A stretch of DNA of 64,000 nucleotides from assembly GCA_951406725.2 (NCBI GenBank), contig OX597831.1:46810001-46874000 (forward strand). Direction: 5' to 3'. The position numbers and the translations under genes were made by a program. A model generated the notes under the pieces. It did no database searches and was not told where the DNA came from. It was given only the letters and a program-made list of their open reading frames with translations. This stretch comes from Octopus vulgaris (lineage: Eukaryota). This document shows, in pieces, positions 41,234-53,720 of this stretch. How positions within the stretch are numbered: the stretch's first letter is position 1; every line of letters begins with the position of its first letter.

Positions 41234-41301
<68 letters not shown>

Positions 41302-41435
41302 TATATATATATATATAATATAATATTTTACTATAAAATTGGATTCAATCCTAAATCTGATTTTTCCCTGTAAGTTTGGATTTATTCCCTAATATTTTAT
41401 TATATACATACATATATATATATACATATACACAT

Positions 41436-41620
41436 AGAGTTAATCCAAACATGAAAACACAAAGAGAAAACACAACAACGCGAGGACGTGGAACAAGTAT
41501 AGCGTTATTGGACGCTCAGGAAAGGAAAGCGGAGCTCTTTGTCAGAAACATAGAAAAAGGAAAGATCCAAGGAAGGGAAGATGTAAGAAAAAAACTGCCA
41601 ACGATACACACGCGGTCACA
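41436..41620 (-). mobile_element. Microsatellite-embedded repeat related to the 1856 family, with a truncated hammerhead core
   Basis: Minus strand TTTCTGACAAAGAGCTCCGCT (GAAA half missing), then TCCTGAGCGT as in the 1856 family. Confidence 0.4.
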
Positions 41621-41643
41621 TACATACATACATACATACATAC

Positions 41644-41683
<40 letters not shown>

Positions 41684-41699
41684 GGATGTAGGCACTTGA

Positions 41700-41945
41700 A
41701 AAGTTGCGTACAAAAGCGATATTTGTTCCGTTTGTTTTCTTCTTTACATTCTGAGTTCTACAATCGAGCTCAACTTTACTTTTCATTCTTCTAATCAAAT
41801 GCTAGGCGTCGATTCAATCGATTTCCAAACTGTTCGAATACACACTAGTCTAGCATTGTGCAATAAGCTCCCAAATTTCAGCGTAACTGTGAGTCAACGA
41901 CTGCAGATCGTTGATTCAACGGTTAGAGTACACTGCCACCAATTC
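41700..41945 (+). repeat. Inverted partner of 36090-36330
   Basis: See 36090. Confidence 0.8.
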
Positions 41946-41947
41946 AG

Positions 41948-42010
<63 letters not shown>

Positions 42011-42064
42011 ATCATCATTTTTCTACCACAACGTGAAAATCTACAGGCATCCTTATTTTTGTTT

Positions 42065-43050
42065 GTGTTTAGTTGCTTTCTCCTGTCCTTGGATAGCTAA
42101 GCTATAGCCTTCAAGGTGACATGTCGCAGATCCAGGAGAGGCTATTACTCCTGGGTTATGGTTTTTACTGAATGCACACAACTATAACTTCCATAGGTTC
42201 CGAAGGCTGACGGAATATGCCTTTGTCGCTCTAGCTCTACTCTAAGGTATTTGTAACATTTCGTCAGAGGAAATAGTCAGGCTATTGGTATCTATGTATA
42301 ATAAATATTCCAACCTACATTGTTGGTACTCTCTAGCGTGCGACATAAAGTAACCATGCATAGCTTTCTGTTGGGATGATGAGTATTTCACCATGTGCAC
42401 AGAGAACCTGCCAGGCCTTTTCGCCAAATCTCATAATGCTGTTTTATTCGCTATTGAGTTTTATTCGCTATTGAGTTTTATTCGCTATTGGATGACGGAA
42501 TAGTTTCTCTCTTTAATGTTCATTGGGTGTTGTCTTAGTAAGACGATGCGGCACTCAATTACTTTCTGAACTGATCTTATGTCTCAACCTCTATCCCTTC
42601 CATTTAATATAGTTTCTGTGGAAGTTGATATGGAAGTTCACAGTCATTGTTAATATCTTCCTAATCCTGATGTCCAGATTGCAGATTTCTTCGAGTGCCC
42701 AGTCTAGAATCCCAAATGTTGGGATGATGAGTATGCGAAAGCATTCTGTGTTTATGGTTTTATTGAATGCAAACAACTCCAACTTCCATAGCTTCCGAAG
42801 GCTAATGAAATATTCTTTTGTCACTACAACTTTATTCAAAGGTATTTGTAACATTCAGCAGGGGAATTAGTCAGGCTGTTGTTATATATATTCTTTGCCT
42901 GGTCCATTATCGTTCTTCGTATGATTATCAAATATAAAAATGTTGACCAAATTCTATTCCTGTGTCCCTTGAGAATGTCGTGACCAGTTCTGTCTTTGGT
43001 TTCATGCCCTTCCATAGTTCAAGTTCTTCACAATACATCGATGTAATTAC
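42065..43050 (-). mobile_element. R4/Dong-like non-LTR retrotransposon RT fragment, with an internal duplication
   Basis: ORFs give VTTFSRDTGIEFG, KEYFISLRKLWKLEL..NK, PTFGILDWALEEICNLDIRIRKILTMTVNFH and KAMHGY; 42155-42285 duplicates 42750-42880. Confidence 0.75.
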
Positions 43051-43068
43051 TGGTACACTACACACACA

Positions 43069-43119
<51 letters not shown>

Positions 43120-43744
43120 ACACTCACACAGAAAAGTCATATTTGTAAACTATATCAAGAACACATTTGAACTTAACGGACATTAGCTTCCTAATTATGA
43201 CATATTTATTTTAAAAATAGACGCTATAAATAATGTTTAGCGATATATTTATACCGCTGATAAGAAACTTGATTATGAATTTATTGACAAATAACTTACA
43301 AACTTAGTAATGCAAAGCAATCTTATAACTTTGTGATAAGCTTTATCTGGCGATTTATTTACAGACATTGCATTAACAGAGAATAGGTTCTGTCTATAGG
43401 TAAGGTTTGAATAGTACGTGTGCACGTCGAAGTTGGTGTAGTTCGGGAAGTTATACTGCTTTGCCTTTAGCTGGTTTTGCTTATGTGCAATAGCTGCGCA
43501 TCACTACCGTCACAGAATCAAATACTACGAAAGTTTAACACGTATCTTTGAGTTTATAATGTGCGCGTGTCTCTTGTGTGTGTGTGTGTGTGTCTGTCTG
43601 TCTGCGCGCCTTTGTATGTCTGTGTGTCTGTGTGTATATATGTATGTATATGCTTCCATATTTGGGTGTGTCTATGAATATGTGTTTCTATAAATACATA
43701 TTTCCATAAATACACACACTCATATGTATATGTGTTTATATATA

Positions 43745-43796
<52 letters not shown>

Positions 43797-43813
43797 TTTA
43801 TATATATATATAC

Positions 43814-43908
<95 letters not shown>

Positions 43909-44052
43909 TGCATGCATATTTTGACACATATTTTCATATCTCTATACACTCGTATATTTGCATTATATTTAATAAGCATATGTGCTCATTTTAATATACA
44001 TGTATGTATGCATGTATGTATGTATGTATGTATGTACGTATGTATGTATGTA

Positions 44053-44425
44053 TAAGTGGTCTGATAAATTAGTATCCTACTGTTGCCATAGTAACGAGGC
44101 AGAAGCACAAAGAATGAAGCCACTTGGCACAGATCGACCTTGAACGCTGCTGTGCATGCGCACTAAGTTTTAACGTTCTAGCTTACTTCTGCTGTTTACA
44201 GGAATGTGTGTAGCATATGATCGTCGCATTGACTATCACAAAGAAAGTTGTCCAGAGAATCTGCATCAAATTTTGCCAAAAGCTTGGAGGTACCTGCTCA
44301 GAGGCCTGCGCAAAGTTTTGAAAAAGTTTTCATCGTTCTCGACACAATCAAGGAGATCTTGTACAACTGAAACCCGAGTCTTCTTGGTCAGCTGAAAGCA
44401 GTTTTGGCACAAATTTGACAGACAC
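44053..44425. mobile_element. Rearranged mariner remnant
   Basis: Plus strand QRICIKFCQKLGGTCSEA (N-terminal HTH), abutted by minus-strand VSVKFVPKLLSADQ...DLLDCVENDENFFK. Confidence 0.7.
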
Positions 44426-44659
44426 ATATCTATCGGTTAAAACAACTTTACTGTCAGCATATATTCTTTCAACAGCAAATCAATCTTTGGATCACATACA
44501 TTGATGATACAATCCGACCAACTCACTGATGAGTATAGCACTTAAGTAAATTATTTTCCATAGTACAAACCTAGCCCGTAACATTAATATTCTCTTGATC
44601 CCATATATATATATATATATATATATATTCTTTGAGTTATATATATATATATATATATT

Positions 44660-45550
44660 CCTACTGACTCCCATCGCTATCATGTCATGTCGTCCGGAAT
44701 GTAACTCCGCTCCAACCGGTCCCAAGCCTGGTTGAAAAAAGTGGCTAGGGGATCGCTGGGTTATAGGGTAAGAATACGTGAATACAGCCGAGTTGAGAGG
44801 GTGTTGAGAGCCTGTGAAAGCTTCCCCATCACAGGCCTCGATAGTGCGGTCTAACAGGAACCAGTCGATTCAATAAACGAAACATAGGTAGAGCCTATAG
44901 ACGAAGTTGTCAGGTTACTTGTGCGGTTTCTCGTAAGTGCTATTGGTGATATGGAATCTGGTACAGCCTGTTGCATGGTCGAGTCGTCGATGCCTAAACC
45001 GACATCCCCACAAGGCTTGCTTGGTAAGGAGGGTTGCTAGAAACCCAGCAGGGCAAAAAAACAAGACCTGTTAAAGGGCAGAGGAACCTAGCGCGAGTTC
45101 AACGACTATCTAGTAACATCATTGGCTCTCAGAAACTCCAGGTTGGTGTCTGGCGTGCAGGAAAACAAGTTAGCTTTTGTTAAAGCATACCTCTAGAAAA
45201 CGCTTCAAACCCAGACAGCGTCTACTCCGATGATGGGCGGTAACTTGGTCAGCGAATCCTCTCCGAATGCCGACAATTGACTGCGAGATGGGCTACTGCG
45301 GATCACCCTATCCCTAAGTGTGTAAGCATGTGACCGGGAACCCCATGTGAACTTGTATTTCCACTGAAACTCCGAACATTTACTCTACGCCTCAATAGCC
45401 AATGACGACTGCGGCTACACGCACACGCTCACCCAGTGGCCACGACTACAGCCGATCGTCGCATGTGGTGAACAAGTTGGTCGAAGTCGGCTCAACCCAC
45501 CCTGACTGGATGCCGCCGCAATTACAAGTACTGTAGACGAACAAGTTTGA
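44660..45550 (+). mobile_element. Probable RTE-type LINE 5' UTR region
   Basis: GC-elevated island beginning right after (AT)n with a twister motif, which is known from non-LTR/RTE 5' ends; no RT coding seen. Confidence 0.4.
44692..44755 (+). ncRNA. Twister ribozyme-like motif (P1 type), 3' part degenerate
   Basis: TAA-CTCC-GC-TC-CAACCGG-TCCCAAGC-CTGGTTG-AAAAAA-GTGGCTAGGGG matches the twister core UAA..GC..CCGGUCCCAAGCCCGG..GAGGG. Confidence 0.6.
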
Positions 45551-45560
45551 CGTAATCGAA

Positions 45561-45686
45561 GGCAGCTGTATTACTATCCAGGGTAGCAGTATTACTATAC
45601 AGGACAGCGGTATTACTACCCAGGGAAACCGTATTACTATCCAAGGCAGCAATATTACTATCCAGGGCAACAGTATAACAATCACT
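45561..45686. repeat. Minisatellite, 6 x 21 bp (GGCAGCAGTATTACTATCCAG)
   Basis: Directly visible. Confidence 0.9.
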
Positions 45687-46744
45687 AAAATTTCTCCAGG
45701 GCAAGAGCGCACTGATGTATGACAGGATAAAAGCTATCCTATGGACTAATTATCTATTATCTATTACTTCTACATTTTTATCACCGCTCTTTATAATTTC
45801 GTCTATTCTCTTTCCATTTTTTATTGTCTTATTTGATTTGTAGTAAAACACCTCCTTTTCTCACCATAACATCATCATTTAGAAAACTTCACCTATTGTT
45901 TACATATATTCTTTTACATTTATTACTCACACTCATCGTTAAAGTTATGGAACATTTAACTTTCCGTTTAAAAAAATATATAACTAAACAACCGTAGTTG
46001 CTGTAGCAATTGTAGTTGATATAAACTTAACACATAATTGATTACCAAATACAAATTCTTATATTTTCTTGCAGCAAGTAAACTAACTCCACCCATAAAA
46101 CCATATAGCTCTTTCAAGTCCTAATCAATGATTCATTTTCCCTTTTTCTTTTGCGTGTATTTCAATTTAATGCTTGCTCTTTTATTTTAATTTCTATTGT
46201 TAATGTTCCTTCCTTCAACGGTTTTCGATATATTCGTTTTGTTTTATGAACGTATATTTTTCTATATTAGTCAAAAACTTGATATTTTGTTAGTTTTTCA
46301 TCCTAATATTTCGTTCAATGAACCGCTAAAATCTTTTCAAAACATCAAATCCATAAACAACAGCAACAATAATTACGTCTTTAATTTCCTTTACTTCCTC
46401 CCATTAAAGTATTATGGCTCAGACATATTGCATTTCAAATATATAAACACGACTGAGTATAAAACATAAAGCTTTTATTTTTATTTTTCGTTTCCTGGCT
46501 ATTTTTGTTCATTTTAAATCAAAACAATCCTATTCTTAACTGTCTGAATACATACCAGTTTCTTCTTTTACACAACAGCTTATTTAAATGTCAATCACTT
46601 TTCAAATAACTACCATTTTAAATTATTCCGTTATTTTTCCCTTCAGTAATGTTTAAAACAGCTTCTGCCTCAATCTCATAGTAAAACTAATACTCCCTTT
46701 GGCGTTTTTCCCCCACTATAATTCGTATCGATTCTGTTTCATAT

Positions 46745-46790
<46 letters not shown>

Positions 46791-46791
<1 letters not shown>

Positions 46792-47075
46792 TAGCAGAGA
46801 TACCCGGCGTTGCCCGGTTACATTCAATTGAAGAATTAGACTTTTCTGTTATATTTTCTGTAATGAACTGGAATATCTATGTTTCGAATTTCATCAAAAT
46901 TGTACATGAGGGTTATTTCCCTCTTTACACACCCTAAAAAAATTGTAACCGTGCCACATGTATCCCATACTACTGATTTTTATGCGCATATTCCAAAATT
47001 CCAGTCTTATTGAACCAGTTAAAAAGATTTTGATCCTGAAAAATGAAGGTAATAGGGCTCTAAAATGTGAGAGTT
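46791..47075 (-). mobile_element. Non-autonomous Helitron 3' end
   Basis: Minus strand CCGGGCAACGCCGGG hairpin + TATCTCTG-CTAG terminus next to (AT)n. Confidence 0.7.
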
Positions 47076-47083
47076 AAGGCCCC

Positions 47084-48180
47084 TGTAATGATGTTAGCAT
47101 CCTGCATACCCTGAGGGACTGTACCCTCTTCCCAGCACTGACACAGAAGCTCATGAAGGTGCCGAAGCAGGATGGTGTTTTTGCCGGTTTTGATGATCTC
47201 TAAGGGAATGTCGTCTTTTCCCGGAGCCTTGTTACTTGCTAGGGAGTCAATAGCCTTGGTGAGCTCTGCTATAGATGGCAGACTGTCAAGTTCACACATG
47301 ACTGGCAAGATCTTGATACCCTCGATTGCAGCCTCAGATACCATGGTCCCCCGTGAGTACAGATCCTGGTAGTACTCCACCCATCTATCCATTTGGTTGC
47401 TTTGGTCCTTGATGAATTCTCCAGTAGTTGAATTCAGAGGGCCTGACTTGGTTGCGGATGGATCGAGGGCCTTCTTCAAACCGGCATACATCCCACGGGT
47501 GTCGCCACTGTCAGCGGCTGACTGGATACTCTGAGAGATTTCCTGCCAATACCTATTTGCACAGCGCCTGGCAGTCAGTTGGGTTTTATTTCTTGCCTTT
47601 CTGAGTTCTTCGAGTGACTTTGTAGAAGAATCACTCTTGTATTGCATCAGAGCTGCACGCTTTGTTTCGATAACTGTTTCCAGCTCTGAGAGCCCATCAT
47701 TGAACCAATCTGGGTTTTGCCTTTCTCTCATGCCGAAAGTATCTATTGATGTGGTATACAAAGCTTCCCTGATATAATTCCACCTACTTTCAGTAGAGGA
47801 TGTTGGGCAGCTACTGAGGGCAACCTTGATAGAAACAGCAAAACATTGTCGCAGTGTAGGGTCCGAGGTTCTGGCAGTGTTAATGCGTGGTCGGCCCATT
47901 TTCTTGGAGTGATGGACTTTTTTAGGCAGAATCCTCAGCCTGCTTCTTATCTGTGTCACAATCCGCGCTGTGGTAACTACGGGTCAGTTGAACAGAATTC
48001 AGAAAGGATCTTCATGTAATGATGAGATCCAGCTGATGCCAGTGGTGAGATCTTGGATGTCTCCAAGATGCCTTGTGGAATGTCTTGTTGGCAAAGAATG
48101 TGTTAGTGATGCACAGGTTATGGTATGAGCAAAATTCAAGTAGTCTCTGACCATTGTCACTCATGTTGCCAATACCAAAA
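47084..48180 (-). mobile_element. RTE-clade LINE internal fragment (APE C-terminus, linker, start of RT)
   Basis: [17 protein letters not shown]...ITNTFF...SWRHPRSHHWHQLDLI; 299-aa ORF with KAPGKDDIPLE...CWEEGTVPQGMQDANIIT. Confidence 0.92.
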
Positions 48181-48241
48181 CACATACACTTACATATATA
48201 CATACATACGATTGATTTGTTTCAGTTCCCGTCCACGAAAT

Positions 48242-48311
<70 letters not shown>

Positions 48312-48382
48312 ATGTATTTATATATATGTATATATATATGTATATATATGTATATATATATGTATGTATATATATATGTATA

Positions 48383-48796
48383 CTCTTTACTCTTTTACTC
48401 TTTTACTTGTTTCAGTCATTTGACTGCGGCCATGCTGGAGCACCGCCTTTAATCGAGCAACTCGACCCCGGGACTTATTCTTTTGTAAGCCCAGTACTTA
48501 TTTTATCGGTCTCTTTTGCCGAATCGCTAAGTAACGGGGACATAAACACACCAGCATCGGTTGTCAAGCAATGCTAGGGGGACAAATACAGACACACAAA
48601 CACACACACGCATATATATATACATATATACGACGGGCTTCTTTCAGTTTCCGTCTACCAAATCCACTCACAAGGCTTTGGTCGGCCCGAGGCTATAGTA
48701 GAAGACACTTGCCCATGGTGCCACGCAGTGGGACTGAACCCCGGAACCATGTGGTTGGTAGACAAGCTACTTACCACACAGCCACTCCTGCGCCTA
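48383..48796 (-). mobile_element. SINE family B, full length, young
   Basis: Reverse complement of the 34273 copy; its 5' end and flank are re-duplicated at ~48942-49030. Confidence 0.93.
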
Positions 48797-48858
48797 TATA
48801 TATATGTATATATATATGTATATATGTGTGTATATATGTGTGTATATATGTGTATATA

Positions 48859-48943
<85 letters not shown>

Positions 48944-49029
48944 CCACTCCTGCGCCTATATATATATCTATATATATATGTATATATGTGTGTATATATG
49001 TGTGTATATATGTGTATATATATATGTAC

Positions 49030-49069
<40 letters not shown>

Positions 49070-49224
49070 GTATATATATATGTATATATATATGTATGAA
49101 TATATATATGTATGTATGTATGCATGTATACACACACACACACACACACACAAACAAAGATAAATTGATAGATACAACTGAGTGGGCAAACAAAAATATG
49201 AGACACTGCATAGTGTTTTTGATA

Positions 49225-49340
49225 AGCCTGGTACTTATTCTATCAGTTTCTTCTTGTGAAACCAGTAAGTTATGGGGATGTAAATAAACGAACACCAGTT
49301 GTGAAGCAGTGATGAGGGAGAAACACAAAGACACACACAT
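49225..49340 (-). mobile_element. SINE family B fragment
   Basis: GCCTGGTACTTATTCTATC...TAAGTTATGGGGATGTAAA. Confidence 0.6.
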
Positions 49341-49361
49341 AGACTTACATATATACATACA

Positions 49362-49737
49362 CTAGCAGTATCACCCGGTGTTGCTTGGGTTTGTTTCGAT
49401 CCTTTAGAATTGGAATTTTTGAAAAGTAAAAAATTTGTATTATGCAACTTGTTATTCTCTTCAAGTGAACATTTTTCCAGTTGAAATACACCGAAAAATG
49501 GTGACACAGCAGTAAAAATCGTAAAAAAATAGGGATTTTCATAGACAAAAGCACCTTTTTAATGTAAATAATTTTTGGTGTTAACATGGTCCGATTTGAA
49601 TTTTATCTTCTACAGAATTAAGAGCAAACCTTCTTCTATTTTGGTCAACTTGCGCTGCAGGGTCTCGAAGGAGATATTGTTAGTTGAAGGCTACCAAACC
49701 TGCCACACACAGACAACTTCAGCTTTATATATATAGA
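49362..49737 (-). mobile_element. Complete non-autonomous Helitron
   Basis: Minus strand 5' TCTATATATATAAAGCTGAAG; 3' CCCAAGCAACACCGGG hairpin + TGATACTG-CTAG. Confidence 0.75.
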
Positions 49738-49794
49738 TTTGCTACACACTACTTTCCATCCTTAATAATGAAACTTGGTAGATCCAAAAGCTAA

Positions 49795-50450
49795 GCACAC
49801 AGACACACACACAGATACACACACAGACACACAAGCTGAGTTTTATATATATAGATTTCTCAACGAGGATTTCAGGGGAGAGTTTCAGGGAGTCGCTGGC
49901 GATGTATCGTGATGATCAAAAATTCGGCCTGCTAAAATTTGGTTAAAGTGATTCAAACTGCAGACTCAAAGCAAAATGGTCGCATTTAATTCAAAGCGTT
50001 AAAAATGTTATGAAAACAATTGGTATGTGTTCACAAAGTCCAAACGATTAATACGAAAAAACCCTCCAGGCTACATCCCGAAAATTCATTTCTTAGCCGA
50101 ATTTCTAAAATGTCTACGGCGATTCGTTTTTATATCTTGATTTTTTTATTGTTCATGCAATTTACGCATGCTTGCACGCGTGGTGAACACAGTTCACGTC
50201 AAACAGCTGACTGAATAAAGTTCACTATTCAATGCATGGGATAAGGCCTCAACAAACACATTATCGATTTTTGCACTTGCGACATGAATTTCGGAACAGA
50301 AATAGCGCAGTTCAATTTCCATTCTTTAAGTGACCCATTTTTGGTGGTTCTACGACTTGTTGGCTAGGAGGAGATGAGCCGGGAAGTTAAACACACAGAC
50401 ACACACACAGATACACACACAGACACACGAGTTGAGTTTTATATATGTAG

Positions 50451-50451
<1 letters not shown>
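49795..50451 (-). mobile_element. Helitron-like 5' segments (two tandem TC-TATATATATAAAACTCA starts)
   Basis: CACACAGATACACACACAGACACAC.AG.TGAGTTTTATATAT.TAGA occurs at ~49805-49855 and ~50402-50451. Confidence 0.5.
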
Positions 50452-50487
<36 letters not shown>

Positions 50488-50541
50488 TATATGCATATAT
50501 ATATATATATATATATACATATATATATGCATATATATATA

Positions 50542-50606
<65 letters not shown>

Positions 50607-50674
50607 ACATATATATATGTGCGTGTATGTGTATGGGCATATGTGTATATGTGTGTGTGTATATATGTGTGGTG

Positions 50675-51168
50675 GGGGTTAGGGCAGCCGACTCGCGGTC
50701 TTAGGATCGCAGTTTCGATTCCCAGACCGGGCATTGTGAGTGTCTATTGAGCGAAAACACCTAAAGCTCCACGAGGCTCCGGCAGAGGGTGGTGGTGGCG
50801 AACCCTGCTGTACTCTTTCACCACAACTTTCTCTCACTCTTTCTTCCTGTTTCTGTTGTAGCTGTATTTCAAAGGTCCAGCTTTATCACACTGTGTCATG
50901 CTGAATCTCCCCGAGAACTACGTTAAGGGTACACGTGTCTGTGGAGTGCTCTGTCATTTGCACGTTAATAAATGAGCTGCGACGTCACTGGTACCAAGCT
51001 GTATCGGCCTTTGCCTTTCCCTTGGATAACATCGGTGGCGTGGAGAGGGAAGGCTGGTATGCGTGGGCGACTGGTGGTCTTCCATAAACAACCTTGCCCA
51101 AACTTGTGCCTCGGAGGGTAACTTTCTAGGTGCAATCCCATGGTCATTCATGATCGAAGGGGGTCACA
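50675..51168 (+). mobile_element. SINE family C (tail type 1, extended)
   Basis: GGTTAGGGCAGC.GACTCGCGGTC...GTTTCGATTCCCAGACCGGGC head; tail with GAGAACTACGTTAAGGGTACACGTGTCTGTGGAG. Confidence 0.9.
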
Positions 51169-51171
51169 ACA

Positions 51172-51205
<34 letters not shown>

Positions 51206-51237
51206 ATACATACATATGTATATATATATATATATAT

Positions 51238-51448
51238 CACCGTGATCACCGTGACCGACCAGGCCAACAGAAGAAAGAGTGAGAGAAAGTTGTGGCGAAA
51301 GAGTACAGCAGGGATCGCCACCATCCCCTGCCGGAGCCTCGTGGAGCTTTAGGTGTTTTCGCTCAATAAACACTCACAACGCCCGGTCTGGGAATCGAAA
51401 CTGCGATCCTACAACCGTGATTCTGCTGTCTGGGCCATTGCGCCTCCA
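51238..51448 (-). mobile_element. SINE family C (tail type 2, internally deleted)
   Basis: Same head; ends CCTGGTCGGTCACGGTGATCACGGTG. Confidence 0.88.
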
Positions 51449-51697
51449 TATATATAGAGAGAGCTCTTGAATAAGCTTTTTGGTTAAATTAGCGATGTGG
51501 GGAAGAGTGCTGTCATGTTGAGGCAACACGCGGTGTCGCTGTGCGAGTCATTTCAGTTAGATTGTCTCGTTGATCCGGTGCTTGTGCCTGTTTTCAAGCA
51601 TTTCGCAGTCGTTCAGTCCTTCCTAAGGTGTTGCTTTCTCAGCCTTTCTTTCTTCTGCTTCATATTGACAAAAAAGGCACTATTTTTCGTCGTCGGT

Positions 51698-51856
51698 GCG
51701 TGCAGATACATCGTCCCCAGGGTGCAACGACCTCCAAAAGATGAAAGCTAAAGTCGACCTTGGCGGAATTTGAACTCGGAACGTAAAAGACGGACGAAAT
51801 GCCGTGAAGCAACGTTGTGTTCAACACGCTAACGATTCTGCCAGCTCGCTTGTCTT
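51698..51856 (-). mobile_element. SINE family A
   Basis: AAAGTCGACCTTGGCGGAATTTGAACTC...GCTAACGATTCTGCCAGCTCGC. Confidence 0.8.
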
Positions 51857-52743
51857 AATCAACCCAAATAACAAAAAAAAAAAAAAAATCAAATAGTCAT
51901 AAACGATATAAACCGCTACATACAGATACTGTTTTCATATTTAACTTGTCACAAACTACGCTGTATTATCACTACAGCAATTACTGTCAGAGTGTCAACT
52001 TCGTGCCATTATATAAATGAGCTGTATAAATCCCAAGCGCTGTTCGCATTAAATAGTTTTCGATTGCTGTAATCGGAAATTTGGAAGGGATAGAGGACTC
52101 ACTGCTGATGAATTTTTAAATAACAATGCATTAGGCCGGTTCAATCCTGTAATTTCTATTCAATCCAATTGTACCCAGTCTAGCAAGACAGTAGTGTGAG
52201 CCTGTTTCCACAGTGAAACCAATTAAATATTAATCTGAGGTCGGTACGTAAGTTTATTCACAACCGATGCTTTATTGTTACTTTAGCTAGTATACGTTAA
52301 CCTGAAATCAAAAGTTCCCTACAAAGCCAGACTATATGACATTCGAAGGTCGGCTAATCAACAGGTGTCATTTTACAGTAGACATTAAAATGGTCAGGTA
52401 AATTGCTAGGAGACCACTTGTCAAAACTGTCCTTCAACTCATCTTAATCAACTTAAGCTAAGAAGATTAATATTTTCAGATCTTCCCAGTAAATTAACAA
52501 CAGGCTGCTTCTCCTGATAGGTAGTTTCAATATTGATGTTGTAGTTGTTAGTATCTGTGGTAATAATGCTGGAGATGCAGATAAAAATGGAGATGGACAT
52601 GGTAGGCTTGTGGTAGGTGGGGTGGCAGAATAATTTCGATTTATCGGTTACTGACTCTGCATCTTATGACATAAAAACTATACATATGCTGCGAGTATAG
52701 ATGCATATGCATACTTACATACATACACACACACACACACACA

Positions 52744-52793
<50 letters not shown>

Positions 52794-53295
52794 TATATAT
52801 ATATGTATATATGGGTATATACGTATGTACAGGGTAGTGTCAATATCAAAGTAGATAAAAGTACTTTATCTGCTCTTGGTATTGAGACTGTATTTACCCT
52901 GTCCATCTTATCATAATCTAGTTACATATTTATATTTTTCACATTTTTCTGTTTCCTCCCGATATAAGCAAAATCACAAAACCAAGTCCGAAGAAGCGCA
53001 AACATTACATAAATCTTCACTTGCAATTTTTGCTTGAACTGACGTTGGAATCAGAGTTGGTAGAAACACAATTGTGACTGGTCATGAATGATGTGTTAAA
53101 ATCTTTCTTTGTCTTCTCATTTGGATTAGATTTTACACTTTGCTAAACCCACACAACGGTTTTACTGTTTTGAAACTTGGATTTTCTACGCCTGAAGAAT
53201 TTCAACATTAGACTGGAATCCGACAGTGTAGATAGCCTAAAGATAGGGTTGGGTGCTGCTCTGGAAATACCCCGTCTTTCTACCCTCCCAGAACC

Positions 53296-53367
<72 letters not shown>

Positions 53368-53720
53368 ATGTATGTATATATGCTTGTACGTATGCATATG
53401 TATTTATGTACATATAAATACACAGAGTCGGCAGGTGAGATCCAGAGATGGTCAATATGCGTAGAAAACACGTATTAGTGCTCAAATGATTTGAACCTAC
53501 ACTCCGAAATCTCTATCGAGGACTAAGTCCTCGGAGTAAAGAGTGACTAAAAGTGAAATCCAAGTGAGCCGATATGGAGATAATGATGCAAATACATAAA
53601 TAAACACGCTTGGGTTTGATATGTATGATATACATACATACATACATACATACATACATACATACATACATACATACATACATACATACATACATACATA
53701 CATACATACATACATAAACG

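Larger units (their letters stand above)
37891..41237. mobile_element. Young Penelope-like fold-back element: 1198-bp inverted arms (37891-39088 / 39970-41167), 881-bp spacer, 70-bp unpaired tail, inserted in (AT)n
   Basis: Mirror ORFs in the track (coordinates sum to 79058) differ at only ~2 residues; hammerhead in each arm; no RT/GIY-YIG coding seen. Confidence 0.85.

Noticed and set aside
45561-45686. Reflectin-like gene
   Set aside because: No MD(X)5MD reflectin motif, and an in-frame stop in the Tyr-rich frame.
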